Shown here: positions 40,189-49,910 of the stretch, in pieces | How the letters are laid out: each line of letters starts with the position of its first letter | How positions within the stretch are numbered: position 1 is the first letter of the stretch | Source of the DNA: Pelagomonas calceolata | Lineage: Eukaryota | Direction: 5' to 3' | NCBI GenBank assembly: GCA_918797485.1 | Contig: CAKKNE010000005.1 | Location: 682,001 to 746,000, forward strand | DNA length: 64,000 bases | Notes under the pieces: generated by a model | Databases searched by the model: none | Told to the model about the DNA's origin: nothing | Seen by the model: only the letters and a program-made list of their open reading frames with translations | Position numbers and translations under genes: made by a program

Positions 40189-42643
40189 TCAGACGCCGTC
40201 GCCGGCCGCCGGCTCGAGGGTCTCGCTGATGCCGCGCATCCTTTCCAACGTCACGGCGAGGTTCTCGCCCTCCTCGGAATGCAAACGGTTGAGGGAAGGC
40301 GACCGTTGCACGCCGTTCGACGGCTCCAGCGCGTCATTTAATTCCTTGAGCTCCTTCTCCTTCTCGTCTAGTTCATTTCTCAACCGAGCGACGTCTTCCA
40401 CTACACTTTTGCGCTTCTTTACTAACAATGCTCTTTCAGCATATTGATCTAACAGCGTACAAAGTGAAGACGACGTCTGGAAGTGCACCCGCGACAATTG
40501 GACGTTGTAGGCGTTCTCCTTGCGCACGGGCGCTACGACGTTCTCACCGAGCAGCGACGGCTCGTGGACGTCGCCCACACCTATAGAATGGCACCGCTGC
40601 AGTAGATCTCTGGCGATCGTCGGCGACACCACAGAGTCCTTCTTGTAATCTGGATGCGTACAAACGAAGTCGCGCTGCCACGCCGCCGCCGTCTGCAGCT
40701 CGCCCGACGCTCGCTTCACGATCAGATCGACGTAGGCCTGCACCCGCGACGCCGTGTCGGGATCGCATCCTATACTATCAAGGTACACGAGCACCAGCGG
40801 CACCAAGCCCGGATAGTAGCCCCCCTTGCCCGTCAGGATCTCCAGCAGCGTCATCTCGACGACGGAGTCCTCCCTGTCGCCCGCGCAGGGCTCGCCCGGC
40901 ACGACCATATGCGACCTGTGTGGAAATCAAATTTCGGGCGCCCCACGCCATCGACGCGACATTGTCCTTGTGACTGCGTCTGCTCGATGGCGTAGAGCTT
41001 CTACGCCATCGACGCAACGTTGTCCACTGGTTGATTTCCACACAGTGTGCGACCGCCACCAGAACTTTTGTTGGGAGGCCGCTCCTCGACTATGGGCCCG
41101 GTCCATGTTCTCGTGGACCTTCGACATGGGCACATAAATATTCAAATCGAAGGACAATAACACCCTAAGTACCAATACACAAAAGACGGTAAAAGCAGCG
41201 TTCTCGAAGTCCGTGAGCTGGACCTCCATCGTCCTGAGTTCGACGCGCCACCCTATGTTCGAGTCAGCCGGCGGGGGCTTCCACCGCACCGAGTTCCAGT
41301 TCGTCGACTGCAGGTTTTCGAAGTGGTCCGTTTGTGTGTTATCATCTACCTCCTCGCAGAGCCCATCAAAAATGACTAACGGATCTCGCACGAATAAATG
41401 AGCTACATGCGTCGCTAGTAAGTCATCAATGCCTTCTTTTTTTAGTTTCTGTAGTGCGGATTCATCTACTTCTACCTCGACATCATTATATCGCGCCGCG
41501 CACGAGTGTAAGTCGCATCGTCGGCAGACGTACGAAGCCGCTGCACTATACCGAGAGGTTCGCAGCTTCCTCGTGCCACTGCCAGCCAAACGTTTATCGC
41601 CCTTCGACGAGGACGACAGTGAAGTTCTCCGCTCGTCAGTGGTCCGATCGTCAACGGACTGCGAAACGATGTCCCACCGACAATCATGATCTTGTAACTT
41701 GCCGGCCAAGATGGGCGTCGCCGCCGTGAGAGCCATCATGATGGGAGCTAAAACAGCCAACTGGTCGTAGACATGTCGCGATTCGTCAACGTCGCGGCAC
41801 TGGAACGTGACCTGGAGGCAGCAGCAGCCCATGCCGAAGGCCATCGCGTCCGCCTTGATAGCATCACCCGTCGTGTTATCATCTTGGAAGAGCGGCGCTA
41901 TTACCTCAACGTTGGAACCGCGGCGCTCGCGTATGTTTTTGGTCAGGGCGCCAAATCTAGGATGCGGATTGATGACGTCGTCGGGCACTAGTACGGAAGA
42001 AGCCACGGGCCCGTTTCTCGGTAGCTCGTCGTTCGAGGCACCTAGTAATGGAAATGCTACGACTGTCGGCGCCACTTCGTTATCCTTGAGGGCCATCAAT
42101 AATCTCGCCCTTCTAGAACGCATCGACGACTCGACTCTTCTCAGATCGTCCGTATATCCACTGTAAGGTTTCTCGGGCGTCGACTCGACCATCCAGGAGC
42201 CTGCGCGGAACGACGCCTCCGTTCATGCTCTGATGATCATGAAGACGGCGTCGCGGCGACGTGACGTCGCGCCGACGCCATCGACGCGACCTTGAAGTTC
42301 GGAAACGTTCGGAAACGGACGCTGAGTCAGCGCCATACTCCGGGTGCCACGTCACTTTTCCACTTTCCGGGATCGCCCGTCGCTCCTCCGCTTCTCGGTT
42401 CGAGAGTAAACTTCTCACTTCACCACCTCGTAAAGACAGGGAAGCACCGTCGCTCGAGAGCTTGAAGAGGCCGTACTCGATCTCGTCGCCATACAACAAC
42501 GTGTCCCTTTGCTTCGTCTCGTGTCTGCGGTAGTGCTGGATGAACTGGTCGACGCCGTGCTGCCTTACGTATGTTAGTTTATCTTTTGCTTCTTGCCAGG
42601 GTAAAGGGCGGCCTACGGTGAGGACGGCGCCGCCTTTGCCCAT
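40189..42643 (-). CDS. GSH1: Glutamate-cysteine ligase catalytic subunit, join(42643..42334,42200..41054,40915..40189)
   Basis: YGDEIEY, WHPEYG|SWMVESTP, INPHPRF, DAMAFGMGCCCLQVTFQ, HFENLQSTNW, GWRVELR; exon phases consistent, 727 aa. Confidence 0.95.
40916..41053 (-). mobile_element. Introner intron (138 nt, GT-AG)
   Basis: TSD tatgcgac/tgtgcgac (7 of 8 match); perfect TIR ctgtgtggaaatcaa / ttgatttccacacag; three core motifs. Confidence 0.9.
42201..42333 (-). other. GC-AG intron (133 nt) with introner core motif
   Basis: tatg|gcgctg ... cgcgcag|gc restores the conserved PEYGSWMVE; contains cgacgccatcgacgcgac on the + strand. Confidence 0.75.
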
Positions 42644-42822
42644 GTTTTAGCTGTGCTTCACAGGCTCTGCTTTGGGTGGTTTCGATGGGACGCGTGTAAT
42701 TCGTCGCTTGGACTTGCGCAGCGCGAGTAGCGGTATAGCTGCGAGTGCTGTCAATCCTGCTGGCGGCTCCCGCGGCGTGAAAGCGCGTGGCCGAGCAAAA
42801 GGCCTGCGCTCTGCATAATCAA

Positions 42823-42844
42823 CTAGCGGCATGAAGACACTAGC
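42823..42844 (+). promoter_or_regulatory. Double-CTAG element
   Basis: ctagcggcatgaagacactagc in a divergent gap. Confidence 0.6.
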
Positions 42845-43144
42845 ATTCGAGGCAAACACCCGCAACGCAAATTATGGTACCACCCGTCGTTTCCGGAGTG
42901 CTTTGAGGTTATGACGAGTGGTACCTGCCTCCCGGCACAATCGCCTTGGCCTTCATTACCAGTCCGTCTGGCACTTGCCTGCGCATGCCTGTGCGATAAA
43001 AATATTCGCGCGCGACTCTCTGGCCGCGCTACGCCCCCTACGCATCGAGCGCGCACCAGAAAGCCGCTCGCTTTTAGCCGTAACCGCTCTATTTTGCAGG
43101 TTGCAGCATAGAACTGCACTAAACTCGCCGCGACGAGCACAAAA

Positions 43145-44234
43145 ATGAGCCTCAACGAGAACAAGCCCACGTACGGCACCGTCGAAGCGGCGGGCGCCAC
43201 CAAGGGCTCGCGCCGCGGCGTCGTCGTCGGACTCGTGCGGCCTCGCGCGCGGAAATCAATTCATGTGCACCGGTGCCTTTGAACATGCTGGATCATCGCA
43301 TCGAGCGCCACGCCATCGACGCGACGTCTGCTCCTCGCAGGCGGCGGCGGCCTGCTTCGCGCTCGGCTTCTGCGTAGCTTCCGTCGGCACGTCGACCCAA
43401 GGCCTCCGCGGCGCCGCGCTCTACGTCAAAGACGAGTCGAAGGTGTGGAGCAACGAGGGCGGGATCGACAACGTCGACGTCGGAGACGTTCCCGCCGGCG
43501 GCTGCGTCGGCGGCGGCTGCGGCGACGGCTCCGCGCCGGCGGTCAAGCCCGCGCCGGTGGTCAAGCCCGCGCCGGCGGTCAAGCCGGTCGCCGGGGTGGC
43601 GGGCGTCCCGGGCCTCGGTGGCGCTACGCCGCCCACGCCGCCCGCGCCGCCTGCTACGCCGACGACGCCCACCACCATCGGCCCCGTCGTCCAGACCGGC
43701 GACAAGCCCATCACTATTGGCGGACCAACGCAGACGGACAACTGCTGCCAGGTCTTTGGTAGCTGCCCGGCCGGGTATTCAAACTCGGGGAACTGGGATG
43801 CCAATCAGATTTGCTGCAAAGACCTGAACAAAGGCGTCTCCATCAGCAACGACATACCTACGTGTCCTACCACGCCGGCCAATGACCCGTTCCCGAACCC
43901 CAACTGGACGACGGGCGACGGCATCGGCCCCATCACGACGCCCAAGATCGGACCGATTCCGACGCCGCACACGGAGACGAACGGCATTTTCGGTCCGTCG
44001 GGCTCGGTCTTCGGCCAGTCGGGCTCGCCTTTTGGCCAAGGAGGCTTCAACGGCGGCAAGCCTCTGATGGGCCCAGGCTTCCCCTTCGGCGGCGAGTCCA
44101 CGGGCGTCGGCGCCGGCCCGGCGGTGAACCCCGGGGCCGGCATGCCAGGGGCGGGCGGCGAGGACGTGGGCTTCGGCGTGCCGCACTCGCACAAGACTAC
44201 GCCCGGCGGCGGCGTGGCGGCGCAGGGCTACTAG
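43145..44234 (+). CDS. Type II membrane Gly/Pro/Thr-rich protein, join(43145..43234,43341..44234)
   Basis: MSLNENKPTYGTV...GVVVGL|AAAACFALGFCVA; KPAP repeats; small Cys motif. Confidence 0.7.
43235..43340 (+). other. Intron (106 nt) with eroded introner features
   Basis: ctc|gtgcgg; TIR-like gcggaaatcaa; ccacgccatcgacgcgac; ends ctcgcag. Confidence 0.7.
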
Positions 44235-44312
44235 CCGCGCCGCGCCGGCGCAGGCCTCGAGACGAAGCTCGAGCCTTCCCCCATCCTAACATCGTATATA
44301 TCGAACAAACAC

Positions 44313-45290
44313 TTAGCACAAGCCCGCATAAGTCCCCGCCTCCTCGAGCAGCTGGCTCTCCCGCAAGTCGAGGTAGCGTCGCCGCCAGGGCCCGCTAGCC
44401 ACTACACACCCAAACTCGCGGGTGACCCGGTCCTTCCAGAGCGCGTCGGGCGCGACCCACTCCTTCGCGACCGCACTACACGCCGCCAACGCCTCGGCCG
44501 GCAAGAAGGGCAGGACCGCCGGGAGCGCCTCGTGCGGCAGCGACGGGCGAGGCAATAATTCGTAGTAGAGGACGTCGGACGCGCCATTTACGGCTCGCTC
44601 GTGCGTCCGCATGCCGCCTCGCCGCAAGTCCGCGAGGAACGTTGCGGGCGTCTCGTCCCTTTCGCGGATCTCCTGCGCCAGAATTCCGAACGGCGTGCCG
44701 CGCCCCAGGACGTCGCCGACGACCCGCGCCAGCGCGGCGGCGCCTTCCGCGTTCGCCGCGAAGCACAGGTCCGCGCCGACGATCGCGTCGTACCCGCGAC
44801 CGAGCACTCGGGGATCGGGCGCGGTCCAATCTAACGCCGCCGACTCGATCGTCCCCCCACTCTTTTTGACAATCGCCGCGTTCGCCTCTACATTCTTTGC
44901 GAGCAGGGGCAGCGCGATGGCGCGCTCCGTGGCGACGACGTGCGCGCCTCGACACGCGAGCGCGAGTGCGACGAGCCCGCAGCCGCTGCCCAGCTCCAGC
45001 ACGCGGAGGCCGCGCCAGTCGGTCGTGGCGGCGAGCGAGTCGTCGCCGCGGCTGCAGACCGCTTCGGCGAACGCCAGCGCAGAGTCCCAGCATGTGGCAC
45101 CGTTGCCGCCGGCGAGCGTGCCGCGCGGGTCCTCCCAGATGCGCAGCTCGTCGCCACCGTCCAGCGGGAATGGCCGCAGCCAGAGCGTTGGCGACTCTAT
45201 TGGTCGCATCGATGGCGTGACTGGTGACGGAGTCGCTGCCGCAGAACTCCGACGGCGCGCTTGCCGCAGCAGCTTCACGGCATCAACCAT
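44313..45290 (-). CDS. METTL21-family lysine methyltransferase with C-terminal F-box
   Basis: GATCWDSA, VLELGSGCG, LDW, IVGADL; LPHEALPAVLPFL...VAKEW...LW; start may be 45209. Confidence 0.8.
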   Translation of the reverse strand: MVDAVKLLRQARRRSSAAATPSPVTPSMRPIESPTLWLRPFPLDGGDELRIWEDPRGTLAGGNGATCWDSALAFAEAVCSRGDDSLAATTDWRGLRVLELGSGCGLVALALACRGAHVVATERAIALPLLAKNVEANAAIVKKSGGTIESAALDWTAPDPRVLGRGYDAIVGADLCFAANAEGAAALARVVGDVLGRGTPFGILAQEIRERDETPATFLADLRRGGMRTHERAVNGASDVLYYELLPRPSLPHEALPAVLPFLPAEALAACSAVAKEWVAPDALWKDRVTREFGCVVASGPWRRRYLDLRESQLLEEAGTYAGLC

Positions 45291-45513
45291 GCTCCTTAGT
45301 TTGAGAGAGCACTCGCTGAGTATTGCCGCAGAACGCTTTCCAGCGCAGCGTACGGTCGCAGTGGTCACTCAGCTAGATGCTGACAATGCATGCGAACCGG
45401 CAAGCCGCTTTTTGGGGCCAAATTTGCAAATCACGCTGGCGAAAAACCCGTCACAATGGCCGGGGGCGACGAGAGGAAGGGGCTGGAACAAGGACGGTAG
45501 GGCAAATACTTAG

Positions 45514-46932
45514 TTAGTGCCCCTGGATCAGACTGCCATTCTTCGTCACGCCCTTTTTCAACTCGGTCAAATCCATGGACCGGCGCCAATCCGCGGCGAG
45601 CTCACCGTGCGCGGCCTCGTGGATCAACCGCCGCGCTTCCCGGTCGCGGGCAACCAAAGCCATGGACGTGGCCAACGCTCGAGCGTCGGCCGCGCGTTCG
45701 TGGGCCTTGGCCTTTCTCTGATGCTCCTCTGCTGCTCTCACCTGCCCACTCAGTTCCTTGTCATACTCAGCAGCCTTCTTCCGCTTCCCAATGTGGTCCG
45801 GCACGTAGTTCAGGAACGGAAACGCTTTGGTGGCTTCCGCCATGGTCCAGGGTTCTGACACGCGATCCAGGGCCTTTCTGGCGCGGGCCTCGTCGGCTTG
45901 CAAGAGCACGTTTTGGGCATTTTCCAACTCTAACGTATGATGGGCGGCCATACGCGCGGCCTGCCTCCTTCGGTCCTCGTCTCTCACCCGAACCATTTCC
46001 CGCTCTTCATACTCGGTTTTTTTGTGGGCGTTCTGGAGAGCGCGCTCGTAGGCGTCGTACTGCTGGGCGACGTTCTGGCGCCTCGCGGTCTTTAGTAAAG
46101 GTTTAATAGCGTCGTCGCGGCCCATTGGTGCTAATAGCTGATCGAGTATTCCTAATACTTGTCTCGGTTCGGGTTTGCGGCCCGGCGTCAAATCTTCATA
46201 GCTCCCTTTCTGGCGCGCACTCAACCGAGACGAGGCGAGGGCCGACCGCGCCGTCACCGCCGCGCGGCTGCGGGCGGTGGAGCGCGCCGTCGCCGGCGGC
46301 TGGGACCGCGCCGTCGCCGGCTGTGAGCGCGCGGTCGACCGAGCCGACCGGACGGTCGAGAGGTGGTCCGAGCGGCCCGTCGAGAGTCGCGCCGTCGATG
46401 GTGCTACTTCAATAGGTGCTTTGGAGACTTGTGTAGGTTGAGGCGCCCGTGCCCCATACACGAAGCGGACCACCCGAGCATCGCAGCGCAGTTCCCCTAT
46501 AGATCCGATGGGCAGGCGCACCTTCCGCCCTAAAGCTGCCGCCGCTCCTACATATCTAGCCACAGCAGCGACAGTAGCCTTGGCCTCGTCCTTCGACAAA
46601 CCGGCGTTCGCCGCCGCGGCAAAACAATTCAACGCAGCACAAGGCGCGACGAGCTGCGACCGGGGCGGCTCGTTCGGCGCGAGGCCGTTGATTCGCAAGA
46701 ACTGGGGGTCCGCCGTAAACAAGGGTTTCCTAATCCCAAATTCCTCGTGGACGTTGGAGGTTCTCAAGTAAGTCCACCTCCCGAGTCCCGGTATGGACAG
46801 GCCTTTGCCCGCGGCGAGCGTGCCGTCCGCGAGGCGGCCGACGGCGGACCACAGCCGTCGCGTCTTCTCCGCACCCAAGCCTGTCACAGCTCCCACCTCC
46901 TCGGCCAGCTCCCTCGGGCCGTAGGTGGCCAT
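45514..46932 (-). CDS. CCDC81-like protein (two HU-like domains + coiled coil)
   Basis: GKGLSIPGLGRWT...RKPLF and GRKVRLPIGSIGELR; C-terminal coiled coil. Confidence 0.6.
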   Translation of the reverse strand: MATYGPRELAEEVGAVTGLGAEKTRRLWSAVGRLADGTLAAGKGLSIPGLGRWTYLRTSNVHEEFGIRKPLFTADPQFLRINGLAPNEPPRSQLVAPCAALNCFAAAANAGLSKDEAKATVAAVARYVGAAAALGRKVRLPIGSIGELRCDARVVRFVYGARAPQPTQVSKAPIEVAPSTARLSTGRSDHLSTVRSARSTARSQPATARSQPPATARSTARSRAAVTARSALASSRLSARQKGSYEDLTPGRKPEPRQVLGILDQLLAPMGRDDAIKPLLKTARRQNVAQQYDAYERALQNAHKKTEYEEREMVRVRDEDRRRQAARMAAHHTLELENAQNVLLQADEARARKALDRVSEPWTMAEATKAFPFLNYVPDHIGKRKKAAEYDKELSGQVRAAEEHQRKAKAHERAADARALATSMALVARDREARRLIHEAAHGELAADWRRSMDLTELKKGVTKNGSLIQGH

Positions 46933-47201
46933 GAATGCCGGGGCTCCCTTGCTTACAGTGTTTTTTTACCGGCGCCTGCTACGGCGCGTGCGGCGCTGCT
47001 TGGTCCTGTTGGTTGGTTTTACGCACGCTCCCTCGCGCTTTGCGTTGGGCAGCGTTTCAGCGCTCCCAACCCAGGCACGGAGAGGCTCGCAGGCGGCGCT
47101 GTGTCGCGGTCTGGCCTAGCAAGTCGCGGGGCAGCATGAATCGCTCGCCGGCGGCGCCGGGAGGGTTCGCGGCGGCCACGCACGTATCTCGCGCTTGTTT
47201 G

Positions 47202-47225
47202 CCTAGTGTCTTACAAGCCGCTAGC
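47202..47225 (-). promoter_or_regulatory. Double-CTAG element
   Basis: cctagtgtcttacaagccgctagc in a divergent gap. Confidence 0.65.
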
Positions 47226-47445
47226 CCAGCTTGGCTGCCGCTCTTTTGACGCTCGTAGAGCTTGAATTTTGCAGCATTTGCATCGATTTCATACTGCACG
47301 GCTTCCCTGCTGCGTGCCCTGAAGCGTTCATAGCTTGCACTGACGTAGCACCAACCCTGAGCAGCCGAGCAGCCACAACTAGCCTAGCACACTTGGAGAG
47401 CGCTCAAATGCAGCAGGACTAAACAAGTGCTAATCAATTCCTCAA

Positions 47446-48036
47446 ATGCCGCTCCGCAAGCTGCGCACCGCTGCGTACGCCCTCGCCGGTGCCGCCGTCG
47501 CCGCGCGGCTCGCCCGGGCCTACCGCCAACGAAAACGACGGCGGCGCCAGCGGGCGCGCGAGGCGGAGTATAGGGTGGGCCCGGCCTGGCGCCGGCTGCG
47601 CGTCGCGCCGTCGACCGTTAAAGGCGCCGGCGAGGGCCTCTTCGCGACGGAGCGCATCGCCGCGGACGAGACGATCGGTTTTTATAGAGGCGAGGTCCTG
47701 ACGTTAAGGGAGGCTTTACAACTGAAGGACCGCGACTACCTGATGGGCGGCTTCGGGCCGAACGCCCACGTCGACGCCAGTAAGGCATTTGCGATGCCGG
47801 GGCGGTACGTGAACGACGCCTTCGATCCCACGAGGCTCAACGCGCGCTTCGACAAATCAAGGAAGACGCGCTCCGCGCGCGTCGTCGCGCTGCGCGATAT
47901 TGTAGAGGGCGAGGAGATCTTCGCGAGTTATGGAAGGAGCTACTGGAGCGCGCGCGGCGTCGACGTTGACGGAAGGAGCCTTCTACCATTCAAGGAGAGG
48001 TGGCGGGCGACCTTGCTGTGGCTGTTGTTCGGGTAA
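47446..48036 (+). CDS. SET-domain protein
   Basis: GAGEGLFA, YRGE, GRYVND, ALRDIVEGEEIFASYG..YW. Confidence 0.85.
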   Translation: MPLRKLRTAAYALAGAAVAARLARAYRQRKRRRRQRAREAEYRVGPAWRRLRVAPSTVKGAGEGLFATERIAADETIGFYRGEVLTLREALQLKDRDYLMGGFGPNAHVDASKAFAMPGRYVNDAFDPTRLNARFDKSRKTRSARVVALRDIVEGEEIFASYGRSYWSARGVDVDGRSLLPFKERWRATLLWLLFG

Positions 48037-48043
48037 GACTATA

Positions 48044-48634
48044 TTAACTAAACCCCGCCCCCTTGCGGCTTTTTGGCTTCGCGCCCTTCCCCCGTTTCCG
48101 TTTGACCGTCTTCCGCGCCGGCTCCTCGAACACGACGCGCTCCTCTGGTATTTGAACATCATCGTCATCTTTCCGCTTCGCCTTCGACAGCACTCCTTTG
48201 TCTTCCAGTTGTTTGTTCAGCGCGACGGCCTGCGCGTAGCCCATGGCGTCGGCCTCGTCGTAGACGTCCTTGAACGCCTTCATGACGCCGGCGAAGGGGT
48301 TGTTGTTGCTCGGCGGCGTCTCCGGTTGCTCCGTCCGCTTCGGCGGCTTCGCGCCGCTCGCCTGCCTTTCCCTTAACTCCTCCCAGATCCGCAATTGATT
48401 CTGCTCGATCGCGTTTTTGTCGAGGCCCCAGAGCGCCGCGCCGATCTGGCCCTTCTTTTCTCTTGATTTCTGCTCCGCCTCCACAATCCGTTCCCAGACC
48501 TCCTCGGGGCAGTCGTCGGGCCGCGCTCTTAGAAGCGTCGGCGGGCGCGTGCTGCTCTGCAGCCGCATCGGCGGGCGCGTGCTGCCCTGCAGCGCGTTGC
48601 AGGTTGCGAGGGCGAGGAGGAGCGGACTGTGCAT
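48044..48634 (-). CDS. Hypothetical plastid-targeted protein
   Basis: Signal peptide + transit-like QxSTRPP tandem repeat; basic C-terminus. Confidence 0.65.
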   Translation of the reverse strand: MHSPLLLALATCNALQGSTRPPMRLQSSTRPPTLLRARPDDCPEEVWERIVEAEQKSREKKGQIGAALWGLDKNAIEQNQLRIWEELRERQASGAKPPKRTEQPETPPSNNNPFAGVMKAFKDVYDEADAMGYAQAVALNKQLEDKGVLSKAKRKDDDDVQIPEERVVFEEPARKTVKRKRGKGAKPKSRKGAGFS

Positions 48635-48825
48635 CTCTTGCTGCGGCGGCGTGCGACGGCGTCAGTCAAGGTGTGCTCTCACAGTCGGAGAAGCTTGCTG
48701 TGCGTAACTGCCGCCCTTTTTTCACAAGAGCGTATCTGCCGCAAGTAAATCGTCGCGTTTAATACCGCTTTGGCCAGCTGTGTGCATGCAGGGCGGCTGC
48801 GCGCGCAAGTTGCAAGCAGAGCCGA

Positions 48826-48848
48826 GCTAGCGGTGGTAAGCCACTAGC
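48826..48848 (+). promoter_or_regulatory. Double-CTAG element
   Basis: gctagcggtggtaagccactagc in a divergent gap. Confidence 0.6.
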
Positions 48849-49057
48849 TTGAGCGCGGATTTTGCAGTGCGCTGCATATCCGAAGCTGCCCCAGCGGCAC
48901 CACGCGACGAGCTCGGCCGCCCGATGCGCTCGAGTCCCCCCCCCCAGCTTCCTCAGCCTCACTGGCAATGATTTGCCAAAGCAGTCGACCAGACCGGAAA
49001 GCCTAGGGAGAAGACACTGCGCAGAGCAGCCGTACGCCGCAAATTAAAAAAAAGAAA

Positions 49058-49705
49058 ATGGCACAATACGAACACAGAGATGCGAACAACGAATGGCACC
49101 CGTTTTCCCACATGGAAAATGACAAAATAGAGCGCGCCTACCGCGCGAACGGGTGTAGGGTTCACCTCACGATGCCCCTGAACCCGGTTGGATTCAGAGA
49201 ATTTGAAATACGGTTCGGCGACAGCGCGCGGAGCAAGAAAATGCCGCGGCCGCCTTCTACCAAGATCATTCAGGTCAACGTCGCGAGCGGCGCGACAAGG
49301 GTCGTCCGGCGCCTCGGGCCAATTGACCAGCCGACGACGGCGCCAACATTACAATACCATGGTCCCGCGACAAAAAAAAGGAGCGTCGTGCCAATTGACC
49401 AGCCGACGATGGGGCCAACAGATGCAGCTCCCGATTGGGCTGCTGCAAAAGGTGCAGCACCTGGAGGGCGTGTTGAGACAGAAAAACACTGTGGCAAATA
49501 TACTTGGTGTTACGCGATCCTCTTCTGCTGCTCGTGTACCCCTTGTTTTATATGCGGGCAGTGCCGTTGCGACGAACGCTTATTATACATTGATCCAAAT
49601 GGAAATCGGTACCAAGGCCCAGACATCCCCGTCTGCACGGATTATTTATGCAAACCCCGGGACCCTTACTGGGGATCTGATCCAGGGGGGGGAGGGGGGT
49701 TTTAA
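49058..49705 (+). CDS. WWE-domain protein with Cys-rich membrane segment
   Basis: YEHRD..EWHPF...IERAY...QVNVASGATRVVRR; CGKYTWC..LFCCSCTPCFIC..CRCDER. Confidence 0.65.
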   Translation: MAQYEHRDANNEWHPFSHMENDKIERAYRANGCRVHLTMPLNPVGFREFEIRFGDSARSKKMPRPPSTKIIQVNVASGATRVVRRLGPIDQPTTAPTLQYHGPATKKRSVVPIDQPTMGPTDAAPDWAAAKGAAPGGRVETEKHCGKYTWCYAILFCCSCTPCFICGQCRCDERLLYIDPNGNRYQGPDIPVCTDYLCKPRDPYWGSDPGGGGGF

Positions 49706-49910
49706 GATTTCAATGCTCCGAGTCGCTTCCACACATGCAGCAGCCTCCGCCAGCGACGAGGGTGCTCCGCCAGCGACGAGGGTGCCTCAGGACTTCTCTC
49801 GTCTCTCGGTGAGTGCATTGGAAGTCGAGGCGTAGGCATCCGACAAGAACCCTGTGCGGCCCTCCGAGTCCATACCCAACCACAATACTGTACTTGTACT
49901 ACAAACAAAC

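Noticed and set aside
46388..46402. Introner core-like sequence inside the CCDC81-like CDS
   Set aside because: Partial match in frame with no splice sites, TIR or TSD; probably chance
49745..49785. 20-bp tandem repeat ctccgccagcgacgagggtg (two copies)
   Set aside because: Only two units in a 3' gap; ordinary slippage duplication
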